This document shows positions 27,383 through 37,697 of a stretch of DNA of 39,825 nt, piece by piece. The stretch lies in sequence record MH031343. One strand, given 5' to 3'. Both the position numbers and the translations under genes were made by a program. Below the pieces are notes generated by a model. That model made no database searches. It was not told the origin of the DNA and saw nothing but the letters and a program-made list of their open reading frames with translations. The stretch's first letter is position 1. Each line of letters begins with the position of its first letter. The stretch is from Escherichia phage vB_EcoP_S523.

Positions 27383-27733
27383 TTAGATATTAAGACCACC
27401 GCCAGAACTACGAGCGACACTCAGAGATTTCTTACCACCAGCACGAGCTTTCTTCTTACCAGATTCGGTCTGTGCATCATCATCGGTGTCCACATCGTCT
27501 TTACTCGGTGGCTCAATAATCTGCGCAGCTACAGGAGCGGCTTGTTCAACCACCTGTACATCAGGCTTACCACCACCAGCAAGTGCACCAGCAACGCCAC
27601 CAACGACTTTACCAGCTTCCTTCCCGACCTTCTCGACTGCCTTACCAGTTTCCTTGACAATCTTCTCGACTGGCTTAGTTACTTTCTTGATAGTCTTTTT
27701 GATTTTCTTACGAATCTTTTTACCCCAACCCAT
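27383..27733 (-). CDS. gp7.3-like tail/host-range protein, 116 aa
   Basis: Lysine-rich N-terminus and C-terminus ESGKKKARAGGKKSLSVARSSGGGLNI as in T7 gp7.3. Confidence 0.8.
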   Translation of the reverse strand: MGWGKKIRKKIKKTIKKVTKPVEKIVKETGKAVEKVGKEAGKVVGGVAGALAGGGKPDVQVVEQAAPVAAQIIEPPSKDDVDTDDDAQTESGKKKARAGGKKSLSVARSSGGGLNI

Positions 27734-27747
27734 GATACACCTCCTAA

Positions 27748-28023
27748 TTATTTCTTCTTAAAGACACTGGTACGGATACCAGACTTGGACTTCTTCTTGG
27801 CAGCATCGGAGTCTGCCTTCTTGGACTTCTCAACGGAGTCATCCAGTTTCACCTTCAGGGACTTCTTGCCACCCGTTGGCACCTCAGAAGAGGTTCCGCT
27901 ATCATTGTCCTCTTCGCCACCAAAGAGAATACCTTTCGGTTCTTCCGTCAGTGGCGCAGGGTCGATAGCTCGGATGGATTCAGTCTTTACTTTAGGTGTC
28001 TTAATCTTTGGCGAAAAGCACAT
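27748..28023 (-). CDS. gp6.7-like virion protein, 91 aa
   Basis: N-terminus MCFSPKIKTPK... as recalled for T7 gp6.7; position after gene 6.5. Confidence 0.75.
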   Translation of the reverse strand: MCFSPKIKTPKVKTESIRAIDPAPLTEEPKGILFGGEEDNDSGTSSEVPTGGKKSLKVKLDDSVEKSKKADSDAAKKKSKSGIRTSVFKKK

Positions 28024-28038
28024 AAGACCTCCATACGA

Positions 28039-28284
28039 TTAGGACTCAGCCTGTTCCTTACGGATTGCCTCCATGTCGTCCAGAGTTTGAGACGCATAGT
28101 TGAGACCCGCGAGGAACCCAGCGATGTAGCTTTCAGACCATCCAGCCTGTTTCAATCGGTTGATTAGTCCTGACTGAATAGCATATCCAGCATTGTATTG
28201 AACCTGTAGGTACTCCATAGTTGCACGAGGCACATTAGGAATATCTTGTGGGTTCTCCATATACTTCTTGATAGGGGTTAACAT
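28039..28284 (-). CDS. gp6.5-like protein, 81 aa
   Basis: ATG at 28282-28284 with AAGGAGAA RBS just downstream of a phage promoter; MLTPIKKYMENPQDIPNVPRATMEYLQV...; the track ORF is an upstream extension. Confidence 0.65.
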   Translation of the reverse strand: MLTPIKKYMENPQDIPNVPRATMEYLQVQYNAGYAIQSGLINRLKQAGWSESYIAGFLAGLNYASQTLDDMEAIRKEQAES

Positions 28285-28335
28285 AATTAATGTTCTCCTT
28301 AAAGTTAAACTTAAAGTAGGTATCATATAGGCACC

Positions 28336-28358
28336 CCTCTCAATAGTGAGTCGTATTG
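28336..28358 (-). promoter_or_regulatory. phage RNAP promoter (phi6.5-like), CAATACGACTCACTATTGAGAGG
   Basis: Promoter core between gene 6.3-like ORF and gene 6.5. Confidence 0.75.
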
Positions 28359-28386
28359 ATTTCACTGTCGAGAAGAATGCCTAGAG

Positions 28387-28473
28387 TTACACACTCTTAG
28401 CTATAAATGCAGCCCACACCATAGCGAAGGCTACGATTGCGAACATTACGAACGCAACTGTTCCGGCGACCAT
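28387..28473 (-). CDS. gene 6.3-like small hydrophobic protein, 28 aa
   Basis: Hand-translated MVAGTVAFVMFAIVAFAMVWAAFIAKSV; AAGGAG RBS; overlaps the 3' end of gene 6. Confidence 0.3.
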   Translation of the reverse strand: MVAGTVAFVMFAIVAFAMVWAAFIAKSV

Positions 28474-29360
28474 AGGTAAATCTCCTTGTCGATAAAGTTG
28501 TACTCTTCGAATCGAAGTATGCGAGCCATCTGGCCTTGCTTAATGATTTCCTCTTCGGTCATCCCAGCTTTTGCACCAAGTGTCACAATGGCTTCCCATA
28601 GGGTTCGCTCACCCATGTCAACCTTTTTCCATTCGAGAACTGTCTGTCCCTTACGAGCACCAGACTTGAAAGTTTTCTCAACCTGTTCAAAGGCATACGG
28701 GTTCTCCAGCCACTCAGCGGTAGTCTCTCCCCAGCCCGGAATGCCACCATAGCCATCTGTCAAGTCACCTTTGATGGTCTGATAGATGTGCCAGTAGTCG
28801 GCAGTCGTCTGGTCTTGAGTCAAGATGTTACCAGTGGTACACCACAAGAAGTCACAATCAGGGATGGTCTTAAAGTCCTTATCACAGGAGACCAGCACAG
28901 CCTTCTTGAAACCAAAGTGTTTAGCACCAGACCCAATGATTCCCATTACGTCATCGCCCTCAAGTCGGTCCTCAAGGATAGACGTCCAGTCCTCACAGGC
29001 TTGAACACGCTCGACGAACGCACGGTAGCCTACAGGCTTACGGGATGCCTTACGGTTCTCCTTATAGGTTGGGTCCACCAGTTCCTTACGCCAGTTCACA
29101 GAGTCAGTGAAGGCCAATACGATAGGTGCATCACGCCAAGCCTTCTTACGGCTCGCATAGGACTTGATAGAGTCAACCAGAATGTTCCACGCTTTCCCAT
29201 GGTCACACTCTAAGGTCCACACATCGTCACCCCAATCGGTCTCGACTTCACTTGCTGCCATCGCTTGGAACACCAGCCAGTCACCATCCATTACGAGAAC
29301 ACCCTTATCGGATTTCCCTTGGCGTAACTCGTAGAACTCCTTCAGTGTAATTGCGCTCAT
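28446..29360 (-). CDS. 5'-3' exonuclease (gp6), 304 aa
   Basis: ATG at 29358-29360 gives MSAITLKEFYELRQG...GVLVMDGDWLVFQAM, colinear with T7 gp6; upstream part of track ORF is an extension. Confidence 0.9.
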   Translation of the reverse strand: MSAITLKEFYELRQGKSDKGVLVMDGDWLVFQAMAASEVETDWGDDVWTLECDHGKAWNILVDSIKSYASRKKAWRDAPIVLAFTDSVNWRKELVDPTYKENRKASRKPVGYRAFVERVQACEDWTSILEDRLEGDDVMGIIGSGAKHFGFKKAVLVSCDKDFKTIPDCDFLWCTTGNILTQDQTTADYWHIYQTIKGDLTDGYGGIPGWGETTAEWLENPYAFEQVEKTFKSGARKGQTVLEWKKVDMGERTLWEAIVTLGAKAGMTEEEIIKQGQMARILRFEEYNFIDKEIYLWSPEQLRS

Positions 29361-29566
29361 ACGCAACCTCCCATCTTCTTCAGGAATCGGACACCAGAGC
29401 CTGTTACTTCCCAAGCGCCAGCATTACGCCCATCGACTGATAGGCAAGAGATATGACCACGACTCGCAGCCTCAGCCACCAGTGACGCATTGTTGCGCAC
29501 ATAGTTCGACTGAAAGGTCTTAGGGCAGCTTTTGATAGCCGCCAGTACACGTAGATATTCACCCAT
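29357..29566 (-). CDS. gp5.7-like protein, 69 aa
   Basis: Same length as T7 gp5.7; position between gp5.5 and gene 6; overlaps gene 6 start by 4 nt. Confidence 0.6.
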   Translation of the reverse strand: MGEYLRVLAAIKSCPKTFQSNYVRNNASLVAEAASRGHISCLSVDGRNAGAWEVTGSGVRFLKKMGGCV

Positions 29567-29850
29567 TACTTCACCTCACGGATAGTTGCTGGAGAAACCT
29601 TCAGACCATCTTCCGGTAACTCGGTACGAATGAACTCTCGCATACCCTGTTTGGCGGCAAATGAGATAGCACCCTCGACACCATGAGTCAGCGCTTGTAC
29701 CAGAAGTTCACGGTCACGGGGACTAATCTTCTCACCAGCCGCAGCCTTCTTAGCCAAGTGAACCAGTTCCTCAGTGAATCCTTCCTCCATCTCGGAGGTG
29801 ATTACAGCGGTGACTTCGAATGATACTTTAAAGCGTTTAGTAATAGCCAT
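29566..29850 (-). CDS. gp5.5-like protein (T7 gp5.5 binds host H-NS), 94 aa
   Basis: MAITKRFKVSFEVTA... resembles T7 gp5.5 N-terminus; position downstream of the HNH gene. Confidence 0.65.
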   Translation of the reverse strand: MAITKRFKVSFEVTAVITSEMEEGFTEELVHLAKKAAAGEKISPRDRELLVQALTHGVEGAISFAAKQGMREFIRTELPEDGLKVSPATIREVK

Positions 29851-30172
29851 GATATTTCTCCTTTGCTTCTAATGTGATGACCTTCCGCTCTCGGTTGGTC
29901 TTGATTACGTGTTCCCGCTTGGGGATACACTGTAGGTGCTCTACGTTACAGCACCCACGGTTTAGGCATAGATGGTCTATCTCATACCCTTCTGGTATCT
30001 TTCCGTGGACGTTCTCCCACACGAATCGGTGGAACATGAAAGCAACCTTCTCACCCTTGCGGGACGAGCCTATGCTATACCGGAAGTACCCATCTTTGTT
30101 CCTCTTATGGGAGACGCAGACGATACAGCCAGTCGGCATAGTGTGAAACCTAAGCGTAGCAACGCCTCCCAT
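29837..30172 (-). CDS. HNH family endonuclease (homing-endonuclease-like; same position as T7 gene 5.3), 111 aa
   Basis: His-Me finger signature FHRFVWENVHGKIPEGYEIDHLCLNRGCCNVEHLQ with flanking Cys pairs; strong RBS AAGGAGGT; wedged between DNA polymerase and gene 5.5 with a 14-nt overlap. Confidence 0.8.
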   Translation of the reverse strand: MGGVATLRFHTMPTGCIVCVSHKRNKDGYFRYSIGSSRKGEKVAFMFHRFVWENVHGKIPEGYEIDHLCLNRGCCNVEHLQCIPKREHVIKTNRERKVITLEAKEKYHGYY

Positions 30173-30183
30173 AGTTTACCTCC

Positions 30184-32298
30184 TTAGTGACAAACGGCCC
30201 AATTCGGCCCCATCTTTCCTTCAGTATCCAGTTGACACCTGAAGTTAAAGTGGTCGCCAACCCAGCGCATAGCCTGTTGAGATACTTCGATTACAACTTT
30301 GGCAATCTCTTCAGTACGGCAAGCAAGCTGTTGCTCATCGTGTATCCACCCCATGAGGCAGAAGTCACCATCCCAGCCGTGCTTGTATCCCATCTCAAGG
30401 AGCATCTCTTCTGTCTTGACAATCCACAGTTTACAAATCAGAGCACCAGCAGATTGCAACAAGGTGTTCAACGCAGCGTGAGGACTACGGACATGGACTT
30501 TACGACCATCCAAGCCACGAACCCAACGGCGCTTCCAAGTTACCTTCTGTTCGCCACCAACCCACTTAGAGTCCTTGACGAGTGTACCTGTGATTGCTTC
30601 ACGTAACGCAGCGATAGCCGGAGTTTGCTCAAGGAAGTTCTTGATGAGTCGCTTACCATCTTCGGCAGTGCCACCAACAATCTGTCCAATCTTCGCAGCA
30701 CCAGCACCATAGAGGAACCCATAGATAAACGTCTTAGCGTTATCACGAGTAGGCAGACCAGCAGCCATCTGGTTCTTCGTATGGATGTCACCCGTTAGGA
30801 TGGTCTCAACGTACTCACCTTCGTCATAACGATACATGAAGTGACCTAAGCAACGTAGCTCAAGGCCGGACGCATCCACACCCACTTGAATCCAAGGGTC
30901 TGGCTTACCGTCTTTCATGTTGTGCTCGGCACCGAAAGCAGCACGGCAAGGTTCACCATAAGCAGCACGGATAGAAGGCACCTGTGCCACGTTAGGGAAG
31001 CTATGAGTTGCACGTCCAGTTACCGCACCGTTCGGGTTAACGCTACCGTGAATACGACCATCGTCTCCAATCATTCGGAGCCAGCCGTTATCACCTTCAG
31101 CAACCTGACCGATACGCTTCTGAATCATAAGGTATTCTTTAATCAACTCAATGCAACGCTGTGCATCAGGGTCGTCTACCTTAACGTGCTCTAAGACTTC
31201 ATCGTCTACCTTTGGTGCACCACTAGGAGTGAACTCAACTGGAACCCATCCAGCTTTGGTAAGCACACGAGTGATGTGGTCACGACTAGCAGGGTTAAAC
31301 ACAACGTGCTCTACAGGCGTGTAAGGTGCGCCCTCTACGTAATCACGAGTGTCCAGTTCACAAGGCTCCAGACCTTCACGTTGCTTCTTGTTCTTTGGCT
31401 TCTTAAAGATGCCACCCTGTTTCGGATACTTCACACGAGGATACTTAGTGAGAGGCTTACCAGTTCTCGGATGACGGAATGCTTCAACGCCACCCTTAGC
31501 CTGATACCATGAGCCGAAAGTGTTGGTCAGTTCGACCAGCAGTTCACCACGGCGACCAGCCAGTTCAGCGTAGAGATTCTCTAAGGACTTGATGTCAATA
31601 GGGAAACCATTACGTTCCATCTTGGCTAACAACCACGCAGCATCGTGTTCCAGTTTGACAGCCTCAAGGCTACCGTTCCAGAAACGTTCTGCTTCTGTGC
31701 TTCCAGCAGGTGTCTCGTTAGGGAAATAGAATGTGTTGCTACACAGTTTCTCGAAGAGAGCCTTGGTAACTACAACGTCTTGAACGTTATATTCCATCAT
31801 GTCTTCGTTGAAGAACAGCCACTCCATCCCCTCTTCGTATTCATCACCAGACTCTTCCAGTGACTTCTTAAAGTCGTCCTTGTACTCACCCTTCATTTCG
31901 CCTAAGCGGTAGCCCCACGCCTCAAGAGCGTGAGAGCCAAAGCGTTTACCCGGCAGCTTGCCAGAGCGCAGCAGACCAGCATCGGTGTCTTTGATGTTAG
32001 AGTAAATCAGTCGGGACATCACTAAGGTGTCCAAGACGTTCTCTTTCGGGAACTTAACGTCACGATTCAGAATCAGCTTCGCCAGCTTCTCGATAACAGG
32101 AACGTCATACTTGTGACCGTTGTGGAACACAATGAGACCACCACGAGCAACCTCGGCTTCGAGTGCATCAATGTATGCCCCAAAGTCATCAGGTCGGTAA
32201 CGGATGTACTGGTCGGTTGTGTAGTCGTAAGTCACCGCACAGTGAAATTGACTAACGTTGTGCAGCAACCCGTTTGTTTCGATGTCGGATAGTAACAT
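30184..32298 (-). CDS. DNA polymerase (gp5), 704 aa
   Basis: Same length as T7 gp5; conserved N-terminal exonuclease motif (SDIE.N.LL...FHC) and GLIVFHNGHKYDVP. Confidence 0.97.
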   Translation of the reverse strand: MLLSDIETNGLLHNVSQFHCAVTYDYTTDQYIRYRPDDFGAYIDALEAEVARGGLIVFHNGHKYDVPVIEKLAKLILNRDVKFPKENVLDTLVMSRLIYSNIKDTDAGLLRSGKLPGKRFGSHALEAWGYRLGEMKGEYKDDFKKSLEESGDEYEEGMEWLFFNEDMMEYNVQDVVVTKALFEKLCSNTFYFPNETPAGSTEAERFWNGSLEAVKLEHDAAWLLAKMERNGFPIDIKSLENLYAELAGRRGELLVELTNTFGSWYQAKGGVEAFRHPRTGKPLTKYPRVKYPKQGGIFKKPKNKKQREGLEPCELDTRDYVEGAPYTPVEHVVFNPASRDHITRVLTKAGWVPVEFTPSGAPKVDDEVLEHVKVDDPDAQRCIELIKEYLMIQKRIGQVAEGDNGWLRMIGDDGRIHGSVNPNGAVTGRATHSFPNVAQVPSIRAAYGEPCRAAFGAEHNMKDGKPDPWIQVGVDASGLELRCLGHFMYRYDEGEYVETILTGDIHTKNQMAAGLPTRDNAKTFIYGFLYGAGAAKIGQIVGGTAEDGKRLIKNFLEQTPAIAALREAITGTLVKDSKWVGGEQKVTWKRRWVRGLDGRKVHVRSPHAALNTLLQSAGALICKLWIVKTEEMLLEMGYKHGWDGDFCLMGWIHDEQQLACRTEEIAKVVIEVSQQAMRWVGDHFNFRCQLDTEGKMGPNWAVCH

Positions 32299-32310
32299 TG
32301 TGTTTACTCC

Positions 32311-32727
32311 TTAAAATGTTGAACGGCGATAGCCCATGAAGTTCTTAGGGTCAACCACACGCAGGTTCTTGTGGTTCAGCTTGTGATACTGAATCCCAGC
32401 GACTGTGCCCATTGCATCAATGCGAGTCACACGGGAGCACCAAATGTCTGTCCCCTCGACCTTACGGACATACCAAATGTCTGCATTGCTGGTGGAGGTG
32501 CAGAAGTCCCCAGCCTTAATGTGGGTCATCTTGTTTGCGTCGAAAGTCTGCATACCAACGCTACCACTATTGGTTACTGGTTTGACCCACTTGCCATACT
32601 TGCGGGTCCACCCTAAGTTCTTCAGGATGTGTACCGCAGAGTCACGCGCACATTCATACTCTTTGACATCAGCCAGTTCAGCTTGCAACTTAGAGATTTC
32701 AGCTTCGATTACATTACGATTACGCAT
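32311..32727 (-). CDS. gene 4.7-like hypothetical protein, 138 aa
   Basis: Position between gene 4.5-like ORF and gene 5; size close to T7 gp4.7 (135 aa); preceded by a variant phage promoter. Confidence 0.55.
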   Translation of the reverse strand: MRNRNVIEAEISKLQAELADVKEYECARDSAVHILKNLGWTRKYGKWVKPVTNSGSVGMQTFDANKMTHIKAGDFCTSTSNADIWYVRKVEGTDIWCSRVTRIDAMGTVAGIQYHKLNHKNLRVVDPKNFMGYRRSTF

Positions 32728-32735
32728 AGTGTTGT

Positions 32736-32758
32736 TCTCCCATTAGTGAGTTGAATAG
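32736..32758 (-). promoter_or_regulatory. variant phage RNAP promoter, CTATTCAACTCACTAATGGGAGA
   Basis: Conserved -11 to +6 (ACTCACTAATGGGAGA) but divergent -17 to -12; directly upstream of the gene 4.7-like ATG. Confidence 0.5.
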
Positions 32759-32767
32759 ATTTCATAC

Positions 32768-32816
32768 AAAAGTTAATCACCAAGGCCACCCGTAGATGAC
32801 CTTTAGTTTAACTCTT
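32768..32816 (-). promoter_or_regulatory. conserved ~48-nt structured element (putative RNase III processing site, R4.7-like); copy B
   Basis: aaaagttaatcaccaaggccacccgtagatgacctttagtttaactc; near-identical to the element at 39776..39825; imperfect long hairpin with internal bulges. Confidence 0.45.
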
Positions 32817-32817
32817 A

Positions 32818-32890
32818 CTCTTCACACTTGTCAGCAAGCATGTTGCCCTCAGAACTCTTCACACTTGTCAGCAAGCATGTTGCCCTCAGA
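32818..32890 (-). repeat. 37-bp tandem duplication (2 copies: 32818..32853 and 32855..32890) spanning the gene 4.5 stop codon
   Basis: ctcttcacacttgtcagcaagcatgttgccctcaga repeated back-to-back; the upstream copy encodes the last 12 codons of the gene 4.5-like ORF, the downstream copy is untranslated. Confidence 0.85.
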
Positions 32891-33154
32891 CTCCACGGCT
32901 TTACCTAGCAGAACCTGACGAACATTGTCTTCGCCTACAGCCACAGTAGCGGCTACAGCAACGGAGGCCAGCAGACGACCTGCCTGTGTGTCATCCAGAG
33001 TCACACGCTGTGTGTGCGCCTTGGTTGACTTACTGTCCTTCCAGCGGTAGACCAGAGTTACCTTGCCGTTGCGAACGTTGATGTGCACTCGGCGAGCATA
33101 CTGGTCGATGGTGTCAGACAGACGGATTGTGTTGCCGGGGAATTTAATAGCCAT
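32849..33154 (-). CDS. gene 4.5-like hypothetical protein, 101 aa
   Basis: ORF with ATG at 33152-33154; position between gene 4.3-like and gene 4.7-like ORFs. Confidence 0.55.
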   Translation of the reverse strand: MAIKFPGNTIRLSDTIDQYARRVHINVRNGKVTLVYRWKDSKSTKAHTQRVTLDDTQAGRLLASVAVAATVAVGEDNVRQVLLGKAVESEGNMLADKCEEF

Positions 33155-33347
33155 GTTGTGTACTCCTATTAGATACAGTTGTAGTTGGCAGTGAAAACCC
33201 TGCCGTTCTTCATCAAGTCCTTAGACCACGAGCGCCCTTGCTGTTCGCATATCTCGTATGCCTCAGCCTTTGGTGCCGTGATAGGGACTTGACTTATTGT
33301 TTGTCCGCTCACAGTTATCAGAGTGAGCACAAGGGTTATCGTAACCA

Positions 33348-33560
33348 TTACAGGAAGAACTTGTTCAGGTCGGTTGCTTTCGCTGCAATCTTAGCAGCAG
33401 ACGTAACGCCAGCACTTGCATCTTCAGACAGTAGACGTGCCTGTTTCGCCAAGCGTTGAGCCTGTTCTGCATCCTTACGTGCCTTGTCGTTCAGACGTTT
33501 AGCTTCACGGAAGTACATTTTAACTACCAGCTTACCAAGAGTGTTGATGAATTTAAACAT
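33348..33560 (-). CDS. gene 4.3-like protein, 70 aa
   Basis: ATG at 33558-33560 with AAGGAG RBS, just downstream of a phage promoter; same length as T7 gp4.3; track ORF is an upstream extension. Confidence 0.5.
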   Translation of the reverse strand: MFKFINTLGKLVVKMYFREAKRLNDKARKDAEQAQRLAKQARLLSEDASAGVTSAAKIAAKATDLNKFFL

Positions 33561-33603
33561 TGCGATTCTCCTTAAGTGGATTGATAAGTGGGAACAGAGT
33601 GTC

Positions 33604-33626
33604 TGTCCCATTAGTGAGTTGTATTG
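33604..33626 (-). promoter_or_regulatory. variant phage RNAP promoter (phi4.3-like), CAATACAACTCACTAATGGGACA
   Basis: Promoter core inside the 3' end of gene 4, upstream of the gene 4.3-like ORF. Confidence 0.55.
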
Positions 33627-33691
33627 ATTGCTTTCTGTAGAGCGCCTGTTCGCGCTCGTTCAGTTCTTCCCACTGGTCTACCCAATGGCTA

Positions 33692-35467
<1,776 letters not shown>

Positions 35468-35550
35468 TCACCGGAAGTGCTTCACCAAATAGCTTACGCA
35501 TAGTGGTTACTCCTTATACAATTTTAGCGAACAAAGGGAGAAACCTTTCG

Positions 35551-35573
35551 GCTCTCCCATAGTGAGTTCTATT
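35551..35573 (-). promoter_or_regulatory. irregular phage RNAP promoter-like site (phi4c position), TAATAGAACTCACTAT-GGGAGAG
   Basis: Promoter core one nucleotide short between CACTAT and GGG; followed by a GGGAGA...UCUCCC leader hairpin. Confidence 0.4.
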
Positions 35574-35665
35574 ACTTACGAGTTAAGATATAGGTCAATG
35601 CCAGAACGAATACACAGCGGTAAATCATATCGTACATGCCCATCTCATGAATAATCATCATAATC

Positions 35666-36121
35666 TTATCCCCAATCACTTGTTACTAATTCACCAGTCT
35701 TCAGCCAGCGACTCAAGTTAAAACTTGGACACGCTTTAGGAGCCACATCGTGGTGTGCTTTGATTTCTGCATCCGGGTACAGGTCTTTCAGGTCTGCCAG
35801 TTTCTCTTTAAGAGAGTGCATCTGTGCTGGCGTAAAGTTAGCTTCGTGTCTGCCCTTATCGTCGATACCACCAACGAGGCACACACCAACTGACTTACTG
35901 TTCCAGTCTTTCACATGAGACCCAACGACACCGACCGGACGGCCTTCTTCGATTGTACCATCACGGCGAATAATGAAGTGGTAGCCTACATCAAGCCAGC
36001 CCTGTTCTTTATGCCACTGACGGATTTCACGCAGACCGACATTCATGGTCGCCTTAGTTGCGCTACAATGGACAAAGATTGCTTCTGTCACAGCGCGTGG
36101 TTTGAATTGTACCTTACTCAT
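35666..36121 (-). CDS. lysozyme / N-acetylmuramoyl-L-alanine amidase (gp3.5), 151 aa
   Basis: Same length as T7 gp3.5; conserved AIFVHCSATK, REIRQWHKEQGWLDVGYHFII, HHDVAPKACPSF. Confidence 0.92.
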   Translation of the reverse strand: MSKVQFKPRAVTEAIFVHCSATKATMNVGLREIRQWHKEQGWLDVGYHFIIRRDGTIEEGRPVGVVGSHVKDWNSKSVGVCLVGGIDDKGRHEANFTPAQMHSLKEKLADLKDLYPDAEIKAHHDVAPKACPSFNLSRWLKTGELVTSDWG

Positions 36122-36564
36122 TTCTTCTTCACCTCTTTAAATTTATCGAATGGAACATCCTTAGAAGGCTCTTTAAGCCAATCAACTGGAATTAATTTGT
36201 CAGCAAACAGAATGCCATGCTTCTCACACCACTCGCCATAACTGGTCGGAGACCCTTTGTACAGCTTGGAGCGACTAGAAGAGAACACGATGCGCACATC
36301 AAGTTCAGGATACTGTTCACGGATAAGTAAGTGCTTCTTACGGTCGTCACTGTCCCACAGACCTTTGGTTTCCACAAAGATGCCATTAGGTAACAGGAAG
36401 TCCGGGCAATAGGTATGGTTGCTTGCAGGAACAACATATGGTACACGCCAACGCTCGTAGTCGAACTTAATGTTCTTCCCTTCGAGTTGTTTGCTTACCT
36501 TATCCTCCAAGCCAGAGCGAAAGGCACCCACACGAGTGCCTCGACCTGCATAGCCCTTAGCCAT
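36118..36564 (-). CDS. endonuclease I, Holliday-junction resolvase (gp3), 148 aa
   Basis: Colinear with T7 gp3 (VGAFRSGLEDKVSKQLE, PDFLLPNGIFVETKGLW). Confidence 0.9.
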   Translation of the reverse strand: MAKGYAGRGTRVGAFRSGLEDKVSKQLEGKNIKFDYERWRVPYVVPASNHTYCPDFLLPNGIFVETKGLWDSDDRKKHLLIREQYPELDVRIVFSSSRSKLYKGSPTSYGEWCEKHGILFADKLIPVDWLKEPSKDVPFDKFKEVKKK

Positions 36565-37262
36565 TAGAAATCACCGTCTTCGTCTTCATCGTCCTCTTCT
36601 GGTTCTTCATTCCAGCCAGAGTCGTTTTGAGGCTTGCGGGTCTGTGCTTCATCAGCTTCGTAGCCGTCTTCTTCGATTTCATCACCCCAATCGTCATCAC
36701 CACCACCGAACTCGACCAGCTTAATCAGCATCACGGAATCCAGTTGCAGCTTAACGGAAGCACCTGCCACAGCAGACCAACCGTAAGGGAACAGAGTGTA
36801 TTTAATCTTCAGTTCAGAGCCACCAGAGATAGCTGGACGCTCACCACGGATGCGCTTACCTTTGGAGTCCACGATAGCCAAGTCGATTGGTTTGTTCTCA
36901 CCAGTCTTCTTGTCAGTGAACGAGCCGTAGCACTTGAAGTTGAACGTAGTGGTTCCATCTTCGTTATCCATGAAAGGCATGTCGCCAACATATGGCTTCA
37001 GCGGTTTCTTACCCTTGACAACTTTCGGCGGGTTCGCTTCGTACTCTTCGAGTCGAGCAGCGTAGTCCGTCTCATGGGCTTCGACAATCTCGTCAATCAT
37101 CTTCTGACAGCGAGGGTCGTCGTTGGATACAGTCAGTGATACTTTGTAGACACCACGTTCGTTCTTGAAGTCACCGCTACCGAAGTCCGGCTTTGCCAGA
37201 TAGCAGTAAGGTTCAGCAATACCACGAGCGGAAGTGAATACTTTACGTTTTGCGAATGCCAT
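36564..37262 (-). CDS. single-stranded DNA-binding protein (gp2.5), 232 aa
   Basis: Same length as T7 gp2.5; conserved N-terminus and acidic C-terminal tail ending DGDF. Confidence 0.92.
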   Translation of the reverse strand: MAFAKRKVFTSARGIAEPYCYLAKPDFGSGDFKNERGVYKVSLTVSNDDPRCQKMIDEIVEAHETDYAARLEEYEANPPKVVKGKKPLKPYVGDMPFMDNEDGTTTFNFKCYGSFTDKKTGENKPIDLAIVDSKGKRIRGERPAISGGSELKIKYTLFPYGWSAVAGASVKLQLDSVMLIKLVEFGGGDDDWGDEIEEDGYEADEAQTRKPQNDSGWNEEPEEDDEDEDGDF

Positions 37263-37310
37263 AATGATTCTCCTTTAGTTTCTGAAAGTTAAAAGTGGGA
37301 AACGTTAGTG

Positions 37311-37333
37311 TCTCCCATTAGTGAGTCCTATTA
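37311..37333 (-). promoter_or_regulatory. phage RNAP promoter (phi2.5-like), TAATAGGACTCACTAATGGGAGA
   Basis: Promoter core overlapping the gene 2 stop, upstream of gene 2.5. Confidence 0.7.
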
Positions 37334-37522
37334 AACCTTACGGTCTGGACGGATGCGTGTTACAGCGAAGCCAGCAGGGACGTATTGCCACTCAGCTAAC
37401 TCATTGGCCTCTTCAAGAGACGTAGCGAACACGGGTACTTCGAACGATTGGCCTTGGCCTTCTACCGTAGCGAAGAACTTCTTGTCACCGTTTACCAGTG
37501 ACCCTTTATTCAGAGTGCTCAT
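37331..37522 (-). CDS. gp2-like inhibitor of host RNA polymerase, 63 aa
   Basis: Size (T7 gp2 64 aa) and conserved [20 protein letters not shown] motif. Confidence 0.8.
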   Translation of the reverse strand: MSTLNKGSLVNGDKKFFATVEGQGQSFEVPVFATSLEEANELAEWQYVPAGFAVTRIRPDRKV

Positions 37523-37617
37523 TGTCCTCTCTCCTTCCAGTGATTATATAATTCAAGGTAGTCGGTGTTGCCTGTCTTTTCAAACATACGCTCACACCAT
37601 TCACTAGGCTTTTCCAT
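37519..37617 (-). CDS. gene 1.8-like small protein, 32 aa
   Basis: Hand-translated [32 protein letters not shown]; GAGGTGG RBS; stop overlaps gene 2 ATG (ATGA). Confidence 0.3.
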   Translation of the reverse strand: MEKPSEWCERMFEKTGNTDYLELYNHWKERGQ

Positions 37618-37697
37618 ATTCCACCTCTATAGCCCAAAACATGAGGAACAGGCAAGCACCCATTCCAACACAAATTAGCAGGAAATATAAGATGTCA

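Noticed and set aside
27305-28042. Long plus-strand ORFs (245 aa at 27305..28042; also 224 aa at 38648..39322, 188 aa at 24020..24586, 170 aa at 36627..37139)
   Set aside because: They lie antisense to well-supported minus-strand genes (gp7.3/6.7, ligase, capsid, SSB), lack RBS and promoters, and have low-complexity composition; T7-group phages transcribe one strand only.
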